Below are positions 10,145 to 22,902 of a stretch of DNA of 64,000 nucleotides, piece by piece. Location: contig JAFZHB010000021.1 of assembly GCA_017555105.1 (NCBI GenBank), positions 24,929 to 88,928 on the forward strand. Reading direction: 5' to 3'. The position numbers were made by a program, and so were the translations under genes. Below the pieces are notes generated by a model that was not told the DNA's origin, searched no databases, and saw only the letters and a list, made by a program, of their open reading frames with translations. This DNA is from Alistipes sp. (GTDB taxonomy: Bacteria > Bacteroidota > Bacteroidia > Bacteroidales > Rikenellaceae). The number at the start of each line of letters is the position of its first letter. Position 1 is the stretch's first letter.

Positions 10145-10173
10145 CCCTCCAAACCTCCCTTTGAAAAGGGAGG
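10145..10173. repeat. REP-like C/G-rich palindrome
   Basis: CCCTCCAAA + CCTCCCTTT-GA-AAAGGGAGG; related copy in opposite orientation at 54946-54977. Confidence 0.55.
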
Positions 10174-10248
10174 CTTAGTCGCTACGCTCCTTTGTCGCGC
10201 TTTTTTTGTTGGGTTATTTTGGGTCACTTTAAGTCATTTTACGACTAC

Positions 10249-10329
10249 TCCTTAATATCCTTAACTTCACTAACTTCATTAATTTCCCAAAATTCCCAAA
10301 CCTCCCAAGATTCCCATCACTCCCACAAA
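10249..10329. repeat. Degenerate 9-bp tandem repeat (nine units)
   Basis: TCCTTAATA TCCTTAACT TCACTAACT TCATTAATT TCCCAAAAT TCCCAAACC TCCCAAGAT TCCCATCAC TCCCACAAA. Confidence 0.65.
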
Positions 10330-10384
10330 AAAAAGAGCTTGCGGCCACAGCCCCAAGCTCCCAATGTTGAATGTTGATTTTCTC

Positions 10385-11569
10385 TTACTTATTCGCCAGG
10401 CGATAGACATCCTCCATCTCCTTGCGGTAGAGTACTTTGAAGTTGCCCTCGGTGTGGGTGTCCTGGCGACAGCACTTGTCGGCCATCAGGAGGATCTCCT
10501 CCTCGGTTGCCGGGCGACCAATCAGCTCGGGAATCGAGGTCGGCATGCCGATCGAGCGGTAGAACTCCTCCATGCGCTCGATGCCGCGCAGAGCCGTGCC
10601 CTCGGGATCGGTGAAGTCGTTCTCCACGCCCATGACATTGACGGCAAACTGCACGAAGCGCGACACGCGCGTCGACATGACATAGCGAGCCCAACTGCCC
10701 CACATGGCGGCCAGACCTGCACCGTGAGCCACATCGAAGAGGGCGCTGAGTTCATGCTCCAGGTGGTGCGTAGCCCAATCACCCACCGTGCCACAGCCCG
10801 TCAGGTCGTTGTGGGCCAATGAGCCGGCCCACATGATCTGTGCGCGCCAGCGGTAGTCGGTCGGATTTTTCAGGACGATGGGCGCAGCCTGCATCGTAGT
10901 GCGCAGGATCGCCTCGGCGATCGAGTCGGTGACCGTCATATCATCCTCGAGCGAGAAGTAACGCTCGAAGGTGTGCATCATGATGTCCGTTACGCCGCAC
11001 GCCGTCTGGTAGGGGGGCAGCGTGAAGGTGCGCTCGGGGTTCATGATTGCGAAGCGGCAGCGCGAGAGCTCGGTGGTGTAGGCGCGTTTGTGCCAACCCT
11101 CCTCGTTCGTGATCACGCAACCGTTCGACATCTCGCTGCCGGCAGCCGGGATCGTCAGCACCGAGCCGATCGGTAGGCAGCTCTTTGCCGTGCCCTTGCC
11201 CAGGAAGAGATTCCATACATCCTCCTCGTAGGGCGTACCGAAGCCGATCGCTTTGGCCGAGTCGATCACACTACCGCCGCCGACAGCCAGGATGAAATCG
11301 ATCCCCTGCTCGCGGCAGATGGCGATACCCTGACGCACGAGCGAAACACGCGGGTTGGGAACTACGCCACCCAGCTCTACGAAGGCGATGCCTGCTGCGG
11401 TGAGCTGCTCGCGGATCTTGGGAAGCAGACCCGAACGCTCGGCGCTTGCTCCGCCGTAGTGCAACAGCACCTTCGTGCCGCCATATTTCTGGATGCGCGA
11501 GGCGATCTTATCCTCGGCATTATGACCAAAGATCACCTCGGTCGGGGTGTGGAATACGAAATCTTTCAT
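10385..11569 (-). CDS. Iron-containing alcohol dehydrogenase (BdhA/YqhD-like)
   Basis: AVGGGSVIDSAK, TIPAAGSE, HHLEHELSA, HGAGLA. Confidence 0.93.
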   Translation of the reverse strand: MKDFVFHTPTEVIFGHNAEDKIASRIQKYGGTKVLLHYGGASAERSGLLPKIREQLTAAGIAFVELGGVVPNPRVSLVRQGIAICREQGIDFILAVGGGSVIDSAKAIGFGTPYEEDVWNLFLGKGTAKSCLPIGSVLTIPAAGSEMSNGCVITNEEGWHKRAYTTELSRCRFAIMNPERTFTLPPYQTACGVTDIMMHTFERYFSLEDDMTVTDSIAEAILRTTMQAAPIVLKNPTDYRWRAQIMWAGSLAHNDLTGCGTVGDWATHHLEHELSALFDVAHGAGLAAMWGSWARYVMSTRVSRFVQFAVNVMGVENDFTDPEGTALRGIERMEEFYRSIGMPTSIPELIGRPATEEEILLMADKCCRQDTHTEGNFKVLYRKEMEDVYRLANK

Positions 11570-11751
11570 AGTGTGTATGCGGAATTATTTTGTCAAAGAT
11601 ACGAATTTTTCCGACAATTTGTCGCCTTTCTCGGCAAAGAGTCTGCCGAAATGTGTCAAAAAGTGCCAAGCTGTCCTGCTCGTTCGGCTTGGCAAAGGTT
11701 TTGCGGTGGTGGTAGAAAACGGAAACAAGAAACGAATAATATAGGAAAGCT

Positions 11752-14349
<2,598 letters not shown>

Positions 14350-14383
14350 TTCCTCAATTTTGAATTCTAAATTCTGCATTTGC

Positions 14384-14417
14384 AAAAAAAAGGACTCTGT
14401 GTCAGAGTCCTTTTTTT
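14384..14417. terminator. Bidirectional terminator overlapping the stop of the GT2 gene
   Basis: A-run GGACTCTG-TGT-CAGAGTCC T-run. Confidence 0.75.
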
Positions 14418-15328
14418 GCAATCTTCCAGGCCAACCAATTGTAGCCGTTGAGTAGCGGTTGTCGCCATGCGACGGGCAGGCGGTTGAGCCACCGCACCTT
14501 ATTGAGTGTGCGGCGGTAGGTCTTCGTGTAGGAGAAGGTCGCGATGGCGCGCCGAGCCGCCTCTGTATCGCCTTTGGCGCAGAGAATCAACGCCTTGCCG
14601 AGTGCAGCGCGGGCGATGAACTCGCGTTCGTCGATCTCGGCGTTGGGATCATACAGCGCCTCGAAGGAGGTGTCACACTGCTCGGGCGTGTAGATAGCGG
14701 TCGAGCGGTTCTCGGCTACGCGCGAGTAGCGTACGAGTAGCTTGGGTGAGAAGCAGACCGAGTAGCGGCGTGCGAGCTTGATCCAGAGGTAGAGATCCTC
14801 GCCGATCTTCATCCCTTCGGGGAAGCCCCCCACCTCTGCAAAGCAGCGACGCGGTACGACGCTGGTTGAAGGAATGGCGATGTAGCGGTGTGCCGAGTCG
14901 CGGAAAAAGTGCTCGACAATGCCGCGCGTAGTGGGGGCAGGGGCGGGGTAGATCCCCTCCTCGCTCTCAATCTGAAAGCCCGTGCAGTAGAGACCGCAGT
15001 CGGGATACTCCTCGATCAGCGCAGCGATCTCCTCCAAGAACCCCTCCTCGTAGCAGTCATCCGCATCGAGCAGAGCGATATAGTTGCCCGTAGCCTCCTC
15101 AATGGCGCGGTTTCGGGCACGACAGACACCGCCATTGGGCTGTTGGATCAGCCGCAGGTTCGGGAGTCCGAGCGCGCGTACCTCCTCTGCGCCGCCATCC
15201 GTCGAGCCGTCGTCCACGACGATGATCTCATGCGCAGGGTGGCGTTGTGCGGCCACCGAGCGGAGCGTCGCAGCGATGGTCGAACGCTTATTATAGAGGG
15301 GAATGACGACCGAGAATTTAGTGCTCAT
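14402..15328 (-). CDS. Glycosyltransferase family 2
   Basis: FSVVIPLYNK, VVDDGSTD, ARN, LDADD, GEDL; ATG at 15328. Confidence 0.92.
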   Translation of the reverse strand: MSTKFSVVIPLYNKRSTIAATLRSVAAQRHPAHEIIVVDDGSTDGGAEEVRALGLPNLRLIQQPNGGVCRARNRAIEEATGNYIALLDADDCYEEGFLEEIAALIEEYPDCGLYCTGFQIESEEGIYPAPAPTTRGIVEHFFRDSAHRYIAIPSTSVVPRRCFAEVGGFPEGMKIGEDLYLWIKLARRYSVCFSPKLLVRYSRVAENRSTAIYTPEQCDTSFEALYDPNAEIDEREFIARAALGKALILCAKGDTEAARRAIATFSYTKTYRRTLNKVRWLNRLPVAWRQPLLNGYNWLAWKIAKKGL

Positions 15329-16301
15329 AGCTCGATTTTTCGGGAACCAACTGCTCAAAGGCGGCCTGTAATTTTTCTGCCGAACGCTCGAAGTCGGCCA
15401 CCTCCTCGTGGTCGTGGAGGCAGATCATACGCCACTTGGCCGAGGCGATGTGGCGTGTGGCGCTCTCGATCATCGTGTCGCTCAGGTCGATCAATCCGCA
15501 GTCGCGCAGCGAGCGGGGTGCAAAGCTGCCGCGGCAGAGGTTGTCATAACGAATCAGCCAGTGCGAAAGGTCGCTTGTTGAACGGAAGGGGTGGCTGCAG
15601 GTAGTCGAAAGCGCCTCGCCCCACAGCTTCCAAGCGCGCACGAAGTCCGACTTGCGGTAGGGTTGCGGCTGGTGCGGGTCGTAGAAGGCGGGGTAGAAGC
15701 TCCACGGCAGGAGCGAGAGTGTCTTCAGTAGGTTCGATAGTCCGTAACAGGGTGCTAGCCACTTTCCGAGGTGTCGGTTTAGCGACTTGCGGGTGTGTTG
15801 TTGGTTGATCAGCGCGAGGTTGTTGAGAATGATTGAACTGACCGACGAGGGGCGCACGACGCTCAGGCGCGCCATGTCGCACGGCATACCACCTCGGAAG
15901 AGATCCTCCTCGCGGCAGGGGCGTGTGAGGAAGGTGTCGTCGTTGAAGAGCACAAAGTGCTCGGCCAGATCCTCTATGCGGTGGAGGTTCAGCTCAATGG
16001 CGTTCGAGTTGAAGGTGGGCAGCCACTCCTGTGGAATGAAATCCGTGTGGTGCACGATGTGTAGCTTCGGATGGGTCGTATCGAGCCAGGCGGGGAGGTG
16101 CCCCCAGGTGATGAAGTGGATCTTGCGCACCCAGGAAGCAAACTGCTCCACCGTGCGGAACCAATAGCGCAGCGTGCCCCAATCGCGGTAGCGGATCACG
16201 GAGCTATCTGTTCCCTCCGCACAACGAGCGGCGCGGAACTCCTGCTGCCAGGCAGGATCGGCACCATCTACCCATAAAATGACAAAATCAATCGCGCTCA
16301 T
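15318..16301 (-). CDS. Stealth-family hexose-1-phosphate phosphotransferase
   Basis: CR1 IDFVILWVDGADPAW; CR2 LRYWFR...WVRKIHFIT, FNSNAIE, FVLFNDDTF. Confidence 0.9.
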   Translation of the reverse strand: MSAIDFVILWVDGADPAWQQEFRAARCAEGTDSSVIRYRDWGTLRYWFRTVEQFASWVRKIHFITWGHLPAWLDTTHPKLHIVHHTDFIPQEWLPTFNSNAIELNLHRIEDLAEHFVLFNDDTFLTRPCREEDLFRGGMPCDMARLSVVRPSSVSSIILNNLALINQQHTRKSLNRHLGKWLAPCYGLSNLLKTLSLLPWSFYPAFYDPHQPQPYRKSDFVRAWKLWGEALSTTCSHPFRSTSDLSHWLIRYDNLCRGSFAPRSLRDCGLIDLSDTMIESATRHIASAKWRMICLHDHEEVADFERSAEKLQAAFEQLVPEKSSYEH

Positions 16302-16306
16302 AGGCT

Positions 16307-17272
16307 TTATTGTACCAAAAGATTACACCCTCTGATCTCGCTGTGGTCGATGCGCCCTTCGATCTCGAACGAGCCGTCTGCGTAGGTGCGGCCGACATCC
16401 TCGGTCTGAATGAAGGCACACGAGGCGCTGTTTGCCAGGTCGATGATGTTCAGACCGCCGCGCATCGGCTCTTCGTGGAGCATGAAGGGGTCGTTCACAT
16501 CACGCGTGATGACGCGCATCCACGACGGCGTGTAGAAACGGTTCTTGCCGTGCGAATAGGCCTGCGAGGTGAGCTCGGCCATGCCATACTCCGAGTGGAT
16601 CTCCTCCACGCCGAAGGCTTCGCAAAGGATGGCATGGAACTGCTCCTTCGGCAACTCCTCGCGGTAACCCTTCATGCCACCCGTCTCCATTACAATCGTG
16701 TTGTGGAGCTTCGGCGCATAGCGCTCGGCCAACTCCCAAAGCGCATAGCTTACACCCAAGAGGATCTTCGGCTTGGGGTCAGCGGCCATGTCGGCGATCA
16801 ACTGCTCATACTGATCGAGGTAGAAACCGCCCGATCCGCAGGCTGCAATCAGCCGATCGGCCATGTAGACCAGCGATGATCCCTTGCGCGAGAGGTAGTT
16901 CGGCAGCAGCGCATAGAGACTCCACTGCGAGGCTGTTCCGTAGAACTGTTCAAAGGCGCGTGTGAAGGCCTCCTCATAGTGCGCCAACGACTGCATCGGA
17001 TGGCGCGAGGGGGTCATGCCCGTAGTGGCGCTCGAGGTGAAGATCACCTCGGGTGGCGTCGTGCCGCAGTAGACCTCGCGGTGCTTGAAGAGCGAGATCG
17101 GCAGAAAGGGGATCTCCCCCAGGTGCATCACGGTGGCGGGATCGACGCCAATGCGCTCGATGTACTCCCGATAGGGGGCACACCGCTCGGCCTGCAGGCG
17201 GAAGAGTTGCAGCGCCACGGCTTCGAATTGAGCCTGATGCTCAATGGTGAATATATCACTCGACGGGATCAT
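16307..17272 (-). CDS. LuxE/PaaK-like acyl-protein synthetase family protein
   Basis: IPFLPISLFK, FTSSATTG, METGGMKG, SEYGMAEL, GRIDHSEIRGC. Confidence 0.82.
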   Translation of the reverse strand: MIPSSDIFTIEHQAQFEAVALQLFRLQAERCAPYREYIERIGVDPATVMHLGEIPFLPISLFKHREVYCGTTPPEVIFTSSATTGMTPSRHPMQSLAHYEEAFTRAFEQFYGTASQWSLYALLPNYLSRKGSSLVYMADRLIAACGSGGFYLDQYEQLIADMAADPKPKILLGVSYALWELAERYAPKLHNTIVMETGGMKGYREELPKEQFHAILCEAFGVEEIHSEYGMAELTSQAYSHGKNRFYTPSWMRVITRDVNDPFMLHEEPMRGGLNIIDLANSASCAFIQTEDVGRTYADGSFEIEGRIDHSEIRGCNLLVQ

Positions 17273-17289
17273 ACGACAAATTTACAAAA

Positions 17290-17323
17290 AAAAGAGCCTC
17301 GAAACAACTATCGAGGCTCTTTT
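17290..17323 (-). terminator. Terminator after infC
   Basis: AAAAGAGCCTCGA ... TCGAGGCTCTTTT with A-run on the + strand. Confidence 0.75.
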
Positions 17324-17332
17324 CGTCATCTG

Positions 17333-17938
17333 CTATTTCTTTCCCTTCGGGGCAAGGATCATGTTCATCTTCTTGCCATCGAGCTTGGGCATCGACTCCA
17401 CTTTGGCCAACTCCTCCAAATCGGTGGCGAAGCGCAACAGCAGAATCTCACCCTGCTCCTTGAAGACGATCGAACGACCGCGGAAGAAGACATAAGCCTT
17501 CACCTTGGCGCCCTCCTTCAAGAAGTTCTGGGCGTGCTTCAACTTGAAGTTGTAGTCGTGGTCGTCGGTCTGCGGTCCGAAGCGGATCTCCTTAATGACG
17601 ACCTTCGTCTGGTTCGCCTTGATCTCCTTTGCCTTGCGCTTGAGCTGGTAGAGGAACTTCTGGTAGTCGGCGATGCGGCAGACCGGGGGATCGGCTTTGG
17701 GCGAGATCTCGATCAGGTCGAGCTCCATCTCGTCAGCCAACTTCAAGGCTTCGCGAATCGGCAGCACCTGTGCCTCGGGCACATTGTCACCCACCACGCG
17801 CACCTGCGGTGCCGTGATCTCATCGTTGATGCGATGCGGATTCTCCTTCTCGTTGCGAACGGGGCGTCCGGCAACGGGTTTCGGTCTGTTGTTCCCCGGG
17901 TTGAACGGCCTCGGCGGGAACGGTTTGGTTGTTGCGAT
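17333..17938 (-). CDS. infC: Translation initiation factor IF-3; non-ATG start (likely ATC at 17938)
   Basis: [16 protein letters not shown] upstream of the ORF-track start, [16 protein letters not shown]; no in-frame ATG between the thrS stop and the conserved region. Confidence 0.93.
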   Translation of the reverse strand: MATTKPFPPRPFNPGNNRPKPVAGRPVRNEKENPHRINDEITAPQVRVVGDNVPEAQVLPIREALKLADEMELDLIEISPKADPPVCRIADYQKFLYQLKRKAKEIKANQTKVVIKEIRFGPQTDDHDYNFKLKHAQNFLKEGAKVKAYVFFRGRSIVFKEQGEILLLRFATDLEELAKVESMPKLDGKKMNMILAPKGKK

Positions 17939-17983
17939 AGTTGTATGAATTAATTGGTTAATAAATCCTTCGTTGCGCCTCGC

Positions 17984-19927
17984 TTAGAGCTTGTTGGCGG
18001 CGATCTCCTGCGCTACGAGCTCCAAGATGTAGTTCTTGAAGGCCTCCTGCGTCATCTGACCCTTGTCGCCCTCGCCCTGCGCGCGAACCGATACCAAGCC
18101 CTCGGCCTCCTCCTTCTCGCCGACGATCAGCAGGTAGGGGATGCGCTTCAGCTCGTTGTCGCGGATCTTGCGGCCGATCTTCTCGTTGCGGTCGTCGATC
18201 TGTGCGCGGACATCGTGCTGGTTGAGGTACTCGACCACCGAGCGGGCGTAGTCGTTGAACTTCTCCGAGATGGGCAGCACGACCACCTGGTCGGGCGAGA
18301 GCCACATCGGGAACTTACCGGCCGTGTGCTCGAGGAGCACGGCTACGAAACGCTCCATCGAGCCAAACGGTGCGCGGTGGATCATGATCGGGCGGTGCAG
18401 CTTGTCGTCTGCGCCCTTATAGGTCAGGTCGAAACGCTCCGGCAGGTTGTAGTCCACCTGGATCGTACCGAGCTGCCAGCTGCGGCCAAGCGCGTCCTTG
18501 ACCATGAAGTCGAGCTTCGGACCGTAGAAGGCGGCCTCGCCATACTCTACGACGGTCTTCAGGCCCTTCTCCTCGGCGGCCTTGATGATGGCCGACTCGG
18601 CCTTCTCCCAGTTCTCGTCCGAGCCGATGTACTTCTCGTGGTTGTTCGGGTCGCGGAGCGATACCTGTGCCGTATAGTTCTCGAACTTGAGCGTCTTGAA
18701 GATGTAGAGCACGATGTCGATCACGCGCTCGAACTCCTCCAGCAGCTGATCGGGGCGCACGAAGAGGTGGGCGTCGTCCTGCGTGAACGAACGCACGCGC
18801 GTCAGACCGTGCAGCTCACCCGACTGCTCGTAGCGGCATACCGTACCGAACTCGGCCAGACGAACGGGCAGATCCTTGTACGAGCGGGGCTTCGAGCGGT
18901 AGATCTCGCAGTGGTGGGGACAGTTCATCGGTTTGAGGAAGTACTCCTCGCCCTCGATCGGGGTCTGGATCGGCTGGAACGAGTCCTTGCCATACTTGGC
19001 GTAGTGGCCCGAGGTGATGTAGAGCTCCTTGTTGCCGATCGGCGGGGTGATCACCTGCTGGTAGCCGTGCTGCTTCTGCACCTTGCGCAGGAACTGCTCG
19101 AGGCGGTCGCGTAGGTCGGTACCCTTCGGCAACCAGAGCGGCAGACCCTGACCTACGCGCTGCGAGAAGGTGAAGAGCTCGAGCTCCTTACCCAGCTTGC
19201 GGTGGTCGCGCTTCTTGGCCTCCTCGAGCATGACGAGGTACTCGTCGAGCATCGACTTCTTGGGGAACGAAATACCATAGATACGCGTCAGCATCTTGTT
19301 CTTCTCGTTACCGCGCCAGTAGGCACCGGCAATCGAGAGGAGCTTGATGGCCTTGATCGAGCCCGTGTTCGGCAGGTGCGGGCCGCGGCAGAGGTCGGTG
19401 AACGAGCCGTTCGTGTAGAACGAGATCGTGCCATCCTCCAGGTCGTTGATCAGCTCAACTTTATACTGGTCGCCCTTCTCGGTGAAGGTCTTCAGAGCCT
19501 CCTCCTTCGCTACCTCGCGACGAACGAGCTCCTCCTTCTGGCGAGCCAACTCCAACATCTTGTTTTCAATCTTCGGCAGGTCGCCCTCCGTGATCGGCGT
19601 GGGGCAGTCTACATCGTAGTAGAAGCCGTTCTCGATCGCAGGACCGATACCGAACTTAATGCCCGGATAGAGCGCTTCGAGCGCCTCGGCCAAGAGGTGC
19701 GACGAGGTGTGCCAGAAGGCGTGCTTACCCTCGGCGTCCTCCCATTTGTAGAATTTAACGGCTGCATCGTGTTCGATCGCCGTTTTCAGATCGACGGTCT
19801 GACCGTCCACCGAGGCTGCAAGCGAGTCGGCAGCTAAACGAGGGCTGATGCTCGTAGCAACATCGAGTGCTGTGGTCCCTTTGGCATACTCTTTTACCGA
19901 GCCATCGGGAAAGGTGATTTTAATCAT
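17984..19927 (-). CDS. thrS: Threonine--tRNA ligase
   Basis: [42 protein letters not shown]. Confidence 0.98.
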   Translation of the reverse strand: MIKITFPDGSVKEYAKGTTALDVATSISPRLAADSLAASVDGQTVDLKTAIEHDAAVKFYKWEDAEGKHAFWHTSSHLLAEALEALYPGIKFGIGPAIENGFYYDVDCPTPITEGDLPKIENKMLELARQKEELVRREVAKEEALKTFTEKGDQYKVELINDLEDGTISFYTNGSFTDLCRGPHLPNTGSIKAIKLLSIAGAYWRGNEKNKMLTRIYGISFPKKSMLDEYLVMLEEAKKRDHRKLGKELELFTFSQRVGQGLPLWLPKGTDLRDRLEQFLRKVQKQHGYQQVITPPIGNKELYITSGHYAKYGKDSFQPIQTPIEGEEYFLKPMNCPHHCEIYRSKPRSYKDLPVRLAEFGTVCRYEQSGELHGLTRVRSFTQDDAHLFVRPDQLLEEFERVIDIVLYIFKTLKFENYTAQVSLRDPNNHEKYIGSDENWEKAESAIIKAAEEKGLKTVVEYGEAAFYGPKLDFMVKDALGRSWQLGTIQVDYNLPERFDLTYKGADDKLHRPIMIHRAPFGSMERFVAVLLEHTAGKFPMWLSPDQVVVLPISEKFNDYARSVVEYLNQHDVRAQIDDRNEKIGRKIRDNELKRIPYLLIVGEKEEAEGLVSVRAQGEGDKGQMTQEAFKNYILELVAQEIAANKL

Positions 19928-20012
19928 AGGTTTTTATTTGGTTTAGTTTGTGGGTCGTTTCGGTGCTTCCACAATTACGAGACGGAATACATCGGCGCGA
20001 ACCCTGTGTTTG

Positions 20013-21107
20013 TTATGCTCTTTCTTGTTGTTCGGTCAGCTCTTTGATCCCCATGTCGCGACGCGTGCGCTCGCGCTCGGCCTTCGGCAGCGGGTTGAGC
20101 GACCACTCGGTGAAGGCGCGGCGGTTGCGTACCAGGTCGATGGCTGCATACAGCGCGTTGCGCATCGATTGCGGATCGGCCTTGTCTGCACCGGCAATGT
20201 CGTATGCTGTACCATGGTCGGGCGAGGTGCGTACGACCGAGAGACCGGCTGTGAAGTTCACGCCATCGGGCGAGAGTGTCTTGAAGGGAGCGAGGCCCTG
20301 ATCGTGGTACATGGCCAACACGCCATCGTACTTCGTATAGCCACCGTTGGCAAACAGACCATCGGCGGCAAAGGGACCAAAGGCGAGGATGCCCTCGCTG
20401 AAGGCCTCTGCGATGGCCGGACGGATGATCTCCTGCTCCTCGGAGCCGAGCAGTCCGCCATCTCCAGCGTGGGGATTAAGTGCCAGCACTGCGATGCGCG
20501 GAGCTACCACGCCAAAGTCGCCTTTGAGCGAACGATGGAAGGTGCGCAGGTCGCCGAGGATCTTCTCGCGCGTGAGGTGGGCGGCGATCTGTGCCACGGG
20601 CAGGTGCTTCGTTACCAGACCTACACGCAGACGCTCGCTGCACATAATCATCATCGGCTCACCCTCGAATTGTGCGCCGAAGAACTCCGTGTGTCCCGTG
20701 AATTGGAACGCATCGCTCTGCACCATCTCCTTATCGAACGGAGCGGTAACCACCGCGTCGAGCAGCCCCTCTTTCAGGTCGTGGGCTGCCTTCTGCAGCG
20801 CCTCGACAGCAGCCACGCCGGCCTCGTGTGCGGGCTTTCCGGGGGTGATCTGTGCCACCTCTCCGCAGGATACGAGGTTCAGCTCGCCCTCACGAGCCTC
20901 GTGAGCCGAGGCGATGTGGTGCCACTGCAGCGCTTCGCACTCGGCGATCAGCGGACGGTAGTGTTCGGCAGCGCGCGGCGAGCCATAGACTACCGGCGTG
21001 CAGAGCTCCACGATGCGCGGGTCTGATAATGTTTTGAGGATCACCTCCCAGCCAATGCCGTTCGGATCACCCTGTGTGATTCCTATTTTGAGTAGTTGTT
21101 CTGCCAT
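20013..21107 (-). CDS. pdxA: 4-hydroxythreonine-4-phosphate dehydrogenase
   Basis: IGITQGDPNGIG, LNPHAGD, AMYHDQG, RTSPDHGTAYDIAG; ATG at 21107. Confidence 0.95.
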   Translation of the reverse strand: MAEQLLKIGITQGDPNGIGWEVILKTLSDPRIVELCTPVVYGSPRAAEHYRPLIAECEALQWHHIASAHEAREGELNLVSCGEVAQITPGKPAHEAGVAAVEALQKAAHDLKEGLLDAVVTAPFDKEMVQSDAFQFTGHTEFFGAQFEGEPMMIMCSERLRVGLVTKHLPVAQIAAHLTREKILGDLRTFHRSLKGDFGVVAPRIAVLALNPHAGDGGLLGSEEQEIIRPAIAEAFSEGILAFGPFAADGLFANGGYTKYDGVLAMYHDQGLAPFKTLSPDGVNFTAGLSVVRTSPDHGTAYDIAGADKADPQSMRNALYAAIDLVRNRRAFTEWSLNPLPKAERERTRRDMGIKELTEQQERA

Positions 21108-21231
21108 AAGTTGCTGTTTCAAAGAGCAAATATACGCAAAAAGCGTGAATTGAAACCGTTCGAATAAAAAAAAATCGCACAATGGCGATTTTCTTTTTGG
21201 GGTATGGCTTTCGAGCCTCTTTGCAAGCGCT

Positions 21232-21966
21232 TTAGAGCACTCTTCGGCGGAACTCTGCACAGATGATTCCGGTGGCCATGGCCACATTGAGCGACTCACT
21301 CGTGGGGCGGTCGGCAGGGTAGGGCGGAATGAGCACTTTGTGTGATACGAGCTCGGCCACTTCGCGTGAGATGCCGCGTCCCTCGTTGCCCATCACGATC
21401 ACGCCCGTCGGTGTGAGCTCGGTATGGTAGAGCTCCTCGCCCTCGAGGAAGGTGCCATAGATCGGCACCGAGCGCTTGCGCGCAGATTGCAGAAAGGGGA
21501 CGAGCTCGGTGTAGTGTACTCTCACGCGTAGGATTGCCCCCATCGTTGCCTGTACCACCTTCGGGTTGAAGCAGTCTGCCGAGTTGGGCGAACAGACGAT
21601 ATCCTCGATGCCGAACCAGTCGGCCAAACGGATGATAGTTCCCAGGTTTCCCGGGTTCTGCACCTCGTCGAGCACGAGCACGAGCGAGCGCTCGGGCGCT
21701 ACGCGGCGCAGGTCGTGGTGGGGCAGTTCGACCACGGCCAATGCCTTGGTCGGGGTCTTCAGGTGTGAGATGCGCTCCATCTCCTTCGGAGAGATAAGCT
21801 CCGCTCCTGCGAAGAGCTCCTCTACGGCGTAGATCTTACGCACGCGCAAACGAGCTGCGATCACCTCGCCGATGAGTTTCTCACCCTCGGCTACAAAGAG
21901 GCCCTCTTCGGTGCGAACACGCTTGTCGCTGAGCGCACGGATTAACTGTATTTCGGCTTTCGTCAT
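21232..21966 (-). CDS. TrmH/SpoU-family RNA methyltransferase
   Basis: QNPGNLGTIIR, MGNEGRGIS, ESLNVAMA. Confidence 0.93.
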   Translation of the reverse strand: MTKAEIQLIRALSDKRVRTEEGLFVAEGEKLIGEVIAARLRVRKIYAVEELFAGAELISPKEMERISHLKTPTKALAVVELPHHDLRRVAPERSLVLVLDEVQNPGNLGTIIRLADWFGIEDIVCSPNSADCFNPKVVQATMGAILRVRVHYTELVPFLQSARKRSVPIYGTFLEGEELYHTELTPTGVIVMGNEGRGISREVAELVSHKVLIPPYPADRPTSESLNVAMATGIICAEFRRRVL

Positions 21967-22886
21967 CGTTCTTTTTCGATCGTGTAGGTTTCGCCCTCGC
22001 GGGCAACATAGCTCTCGGCGAAGAGCGCTCGAGCCTCCTCCTGGAGCGGTTCGAGCGTCTTGTAACGCGAAGAGTAGTGGCCAAGGATCAGGCGGCGAGC
22101 CTCGGCTTTGAGGGCTGCCTTCGCGGCATCGACCGTAGTCGAGTGTCCACGATCCTTGGCCGATCGCTGTTCGGCGGCAGCATAGGTGGCTTCGTGATAG
22201 AGCAGATCAACCCCCTGGCAGAGCGTGGCGGCCTTGGCCGAGAAGTTCGTGTCCGAGAGGTAGGCGTAGGAGCGCGGTGCATAGGGTCGGTAGGTCAGCT
22301 CGGCATTGGCGAGCAACTCGCCGCTATCGAGCAATACATCCTCACCCCGCTTGGCTGCCGTGATCTGGGCAATCGACAAGCCGTGCTTGACGATTTTGAA
22401 CTTATCGACGTTCAGCGGCGGCTCCTTCTCGCGGAAGAGGAAGCCGGCACATGGTACGCGGTGGCGCAGCGGAATGCTCCACACCTCGATCGTGCGGTTC
22501 TCCATCAGAAGGCGGTGCTTCGTGGTGTCCACCTCGCACCACTCCACCTCGTACGGCAGTGCCGAGTCGAAGTATTTGAGGTGTGCCTCCAGCATCTCCC
22601 CAAAGGGCGCCGGGGCGTGTACTCGCAGCGGTGTGCGGCGGCCGTAGAGCCCGAGGGTCGAGAGGAGCGGAAAGAGCCCGAATACATGGTCGCCGTGGAG
22701 GTGTGAGATGAAGACCTCGCGGATCTTGAGCGGGTTGATTCCGTAGCGGATCAACTGCTGCTGAACCCCCTCGCCGGCGTCGACCAGGTAGTGCTGCTCA
22801 TGGATATTCACCACCTGCCCCGAGGGGTGGCGGTTCACCGTCGGCTTGGCCGAGGCTGTACCCAGGATCGTGACCGCGAAGCTCAC
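21963..22886 (-). CDS. rnz: Ribonuclease Z (GTG start at 22886)
   Basis: ILGTASAKP, DAGEG, SHLHGDH, HEATY, GHST, GHYSSRY. Confidence 0.95.
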   Translation of the reverse strand: MSFAVTILGTASAKPTVNRHPSGQVVNIHEQHYLVDAGEGVQQQLIRYGINPLKIREVFISHLHGDHVFGLFPLLSTLGLYGRRTPLRVHAPAPFGEMLEAHLKYFDSALPYEVEWCEVDTTKHRLLMENRTIEVWSIPLRHRVPCAGFLFREKEPPLNVDKFKIVKHGLSIAQITAAKRGEDVLLDSGELLANAELTYRPYAPRSYAYLSDTNFSAKAATLCQGVDLLYHEATYAAAEQRSAKDRGHSTTVDAAKAALKAEARRLILGHYSSRYKTLEPLQEEARALFAESYVAREGETYTIEKER

Positions 22887-22902
22887 CTCTCTTGCGAATG
22901 GT

